DNA of 64,000 nucleotides from an uncultured Gammaproteobacteria bacterium (GTDB lineage Bacteria; Pseudomonadota; Gammaproteobacteria; JAURND01): NCBI GenBank assembly GCA_963714975.1, contig CAVQQD010000003.1, positions 32,001 to 96,000 of the forward strand, read 5' to 3'. Shown piece by piece: positions 62,208 to 64,000 of this stretch (position 1 is its first letter; each line of letters starts with the position of its first letter). The notes under the pieces were generated by a model. It saw only the letters and a program-made list of their open reading frames with translations, ran no database searches and was not told where the DNA came from. The position numbers and the translations under genes were made by a program.

Positions 62208-62450
62208 TTATTGCTGACCACCATCAACAGGAGCTACAGGAGGTGTGTTGGTATACACTCTTTTGTAGACCTTGGTGCCCTTGCAACTATGCACTTTGCA
62301 GGTTGCCCTTCCTTTACAGGTTTCAAGAGCAGCACAGTTAGTGGGTAAGTTAGCCACAGTAGCTTCACCTGATTGTTGTGTAGCGCAACCAGTTGCACCT
62401 AAGGCGACAAAAGCAACGCCGACAGTGGCAGCAAGAAATTTAGAACTCAT
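62208..62450 (-). CDS. Cys-rich RiPP precursor (bufferin-like) with lipoprotein signal
   Basis: GAGGG RBS; LGATGC lipobox; core C..CKG..CK..CKG; upstream of DUF692. Confidence 0.8.
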   Translation of the reverse strand: MSSKFLAATVGVAFVALGATGCATQQSGEATVANLPTNCAALETCKGRATCKVHSCKGTKVYKRVYTNTPPVAPVDGGQQ

Positions 62451-62653
62451 ATTTGTATCCCTCGTTGTTGTTGATTGAATCCCACGCATGGGTTTAAAAC
62501 CAAACAGCGAAAAGCGCCTAGCCAGGCCCTTACCAAGGGGGTTATTACCATCATAGATGGGATTCCGTCCCCGCTCTGCTTGGCACCCGCATAATGTAGA
62601 CATTATGATTTAAAAATGCAAGCGCTTTCGTCATTACAAGCGCAACTGCGTCA

Positions 62654-64000
62654 TTATGATCCCGCCAAAGCCAACAACTGATTAATTGCCACGGTTAGCA
62701 TCGAATACTCAAAGCTGGTACTTGCTTTCATTTCAGTAAATAAAACTTGCCAACGCTCCACTAAAGCTTGATGAGCTTCCAGCCAAAGCGCCAATTTTTT
62801 CTGGGGATCTTTAGTTTTGGTTGGGAATTTTGAGATAGCAAGGGTAAGCCGGCGTTGTATCCAATCCAAATCTCCCTTACTGGCAGAACGAGCTAGCACC
62901 ATGGAATGGGTGTCAGTGGGGTAATTGTCAATTAATTCACGGAATTCCCCTAAGCCGAGCTGATCAATGAGAGCGAAATAAATAGTCGCTACTTCGTAGA
63001 GATTTAAGTGATGCGGGGTTGCGGATTCAATGATATTTAATGCCGAGGTCATTATCCCGGTTATCGCGATACGATAGGCCATTTTCGCTGGAACTCCAGA
63101 CTCTTGCAGGGTCTCTGCTTGTTCTTCGATCGCGTATTTTTCCGCATCGGTCAATAATTCTGGTAGTTTTTTTTGAATCTGGTTAATTCCCTGGCTAAAA
63201 CGTTCAATGACATTTTGTATATCCTTGGCCTTGGGGGGGTTACGTAAAAACCAGCGCACGGAACGGCGAATCAGCCGTACTACAACCAAGGTGATTTCAT
63301 TCATTAAGGGGCCTGGAATTGACAAAGATTCCATGTCATCCCAATACTGCTGTAGGCCAAAAGCCTCTCGAGAAATGATATAGGCACGGGTGATGTCGAC
63401 CGCGGAAGCACGGGTTTCATCATACATTTGGTAGGCAAAGGTCACTCCCATATCGGTAATTAAAAGATTACTCAGCTGAGTCGCAATAATTTGGGTACGC
63501 AGGCGATGGTGTTCCATGGCAGCTGCATAGCGCTGACGTAATAATTTAGGAAAGGCTAGTTGAATGTATTTAAATATATAAGGATCTTCAGGCAGTTCAG
63601 AATGGGCTAATTCCGCTTTTAAAATAATTTTGCTATAGGCTTGCAGCACAGCAATCTCTGGTCGAGTAAGCCCTTTTCCGGCGGCTTTTCTCGCCATTAA
63701 AGCATCATCATCGGGTAAAAATTCCAGACTGCGATCAATTTTCCCTTGTTTGCTATAGTCTTTTAAAAAGCGCGTATAAAGATTTAAATAATCAATTGAT
63801 TGCGCCGTAGCGATACTAATCGCGCGCACTTGCCGATAATTATTGTGGATGACTAATTGGGCGACATTATCGGTCATTTGGGCTAATAAACGATTGCGAC
63901 GCAGCTCAGTTAAGGATCCTGTCGAAACGATATGGTCCAATAAAATTTTAATATTCACTTCATGGTCTGAACAATCGACGCCACCTGAGTTATCAATAAA
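62654..64000 (-). CDS. gdhB: Large NAD-specific glutamate dehydrogenase, 3' part (start outside window)
   Basis: DNSGGVDCSDHEVNIKI at window edge, GLTRPE, HRLR.QIIATQL. Confidence 0.9.
   Translation of the reverse strand, partial: FIDNSGGVDCSDHEVNIKILLDHIVSTGSLTELRRNRLLAQMTDNVAQLVIHNNYRQVRAISIATAQSIDYLNLYTRFLKDYSKQGKIDRSLEFLPDDDALMARKAAGKGLTRPEIAVLQAYSKIILKAELAHSELPEDPYIFKYIQLAFPKLLRQRYAAAMEHHRLRTQIIATQLSNLLITDMGVTFAYQMYDETRASAVDITRAYIISREAFGLQQYWDDMESLSIPGPLMNEITLVVVRLIRRSVRWFLRNPPKAKDIQNVIERFSQGINQIQKKLPELLTDAEKYAIEEQAETLQESGVPAKMAYRIAITGIMTSALNIIESATPHHLNLYEVATIYFALIDQLGLGEFRELIDNYPTDTHSMVLARSASKGDLDWIQRRLTLAISKFPTKTKDPQKKLALWLEAHQALVERWQVLFTEMKASTSFEYSMLTVAINQLLALAGS

Overview
Chromosomal window of a Gammaproteobacterium, probably a Legionellales/Coxiella-like host-associated lineage (inferred from gene content, PmrA-like boxes and a SidE-PDE-like ORF). 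Core genes: rsmB, ogt, pntAA/AB/B, ilvE, nfeD-slipin, yicC, pfkA, ubiB/J/E, murD-ftsW-murG, gltA, rlmB, lipA/B, dat, dacA, rlpA, accA, hldE and a partial gdh. Accessory features: (1) four AAA-ATPase/PD-(D/E)XK nuclease genes, each linked to a 30-60 bp duplication of neighbouring or own terminal sequence, with no integrase in the window; (2) a ~22 kb island after gltA with two copies (plus a 50-bp relic of a third) of a ~2,230 aa LRR-like/transglutaminase-like/multi-AAA/TM-hairpin protein, each paired with a small Cys/His-rich ORF and a receiver protein; the two copies diverge mostly at exposed LRR positions and their C-termini are encoded antisense on a copy of the gltA 3' end; (3) a C-terminal TM-hairpin motif shared by four effector-like proteins; (4) at least five palindromic repeat/MITE families, several translated in-frame in housekeeping genes; (5) a DUF692/DUF2063 (MNIO, bufferin-like) cluster whose precursor has a lipobox; (6) a DUF1778-GNAT toxin-antitoxin pair and a tnpB relic. 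No rRNA, tRNA or CRISPR array was seen. Family assignments are from motif recognition, not database searches.
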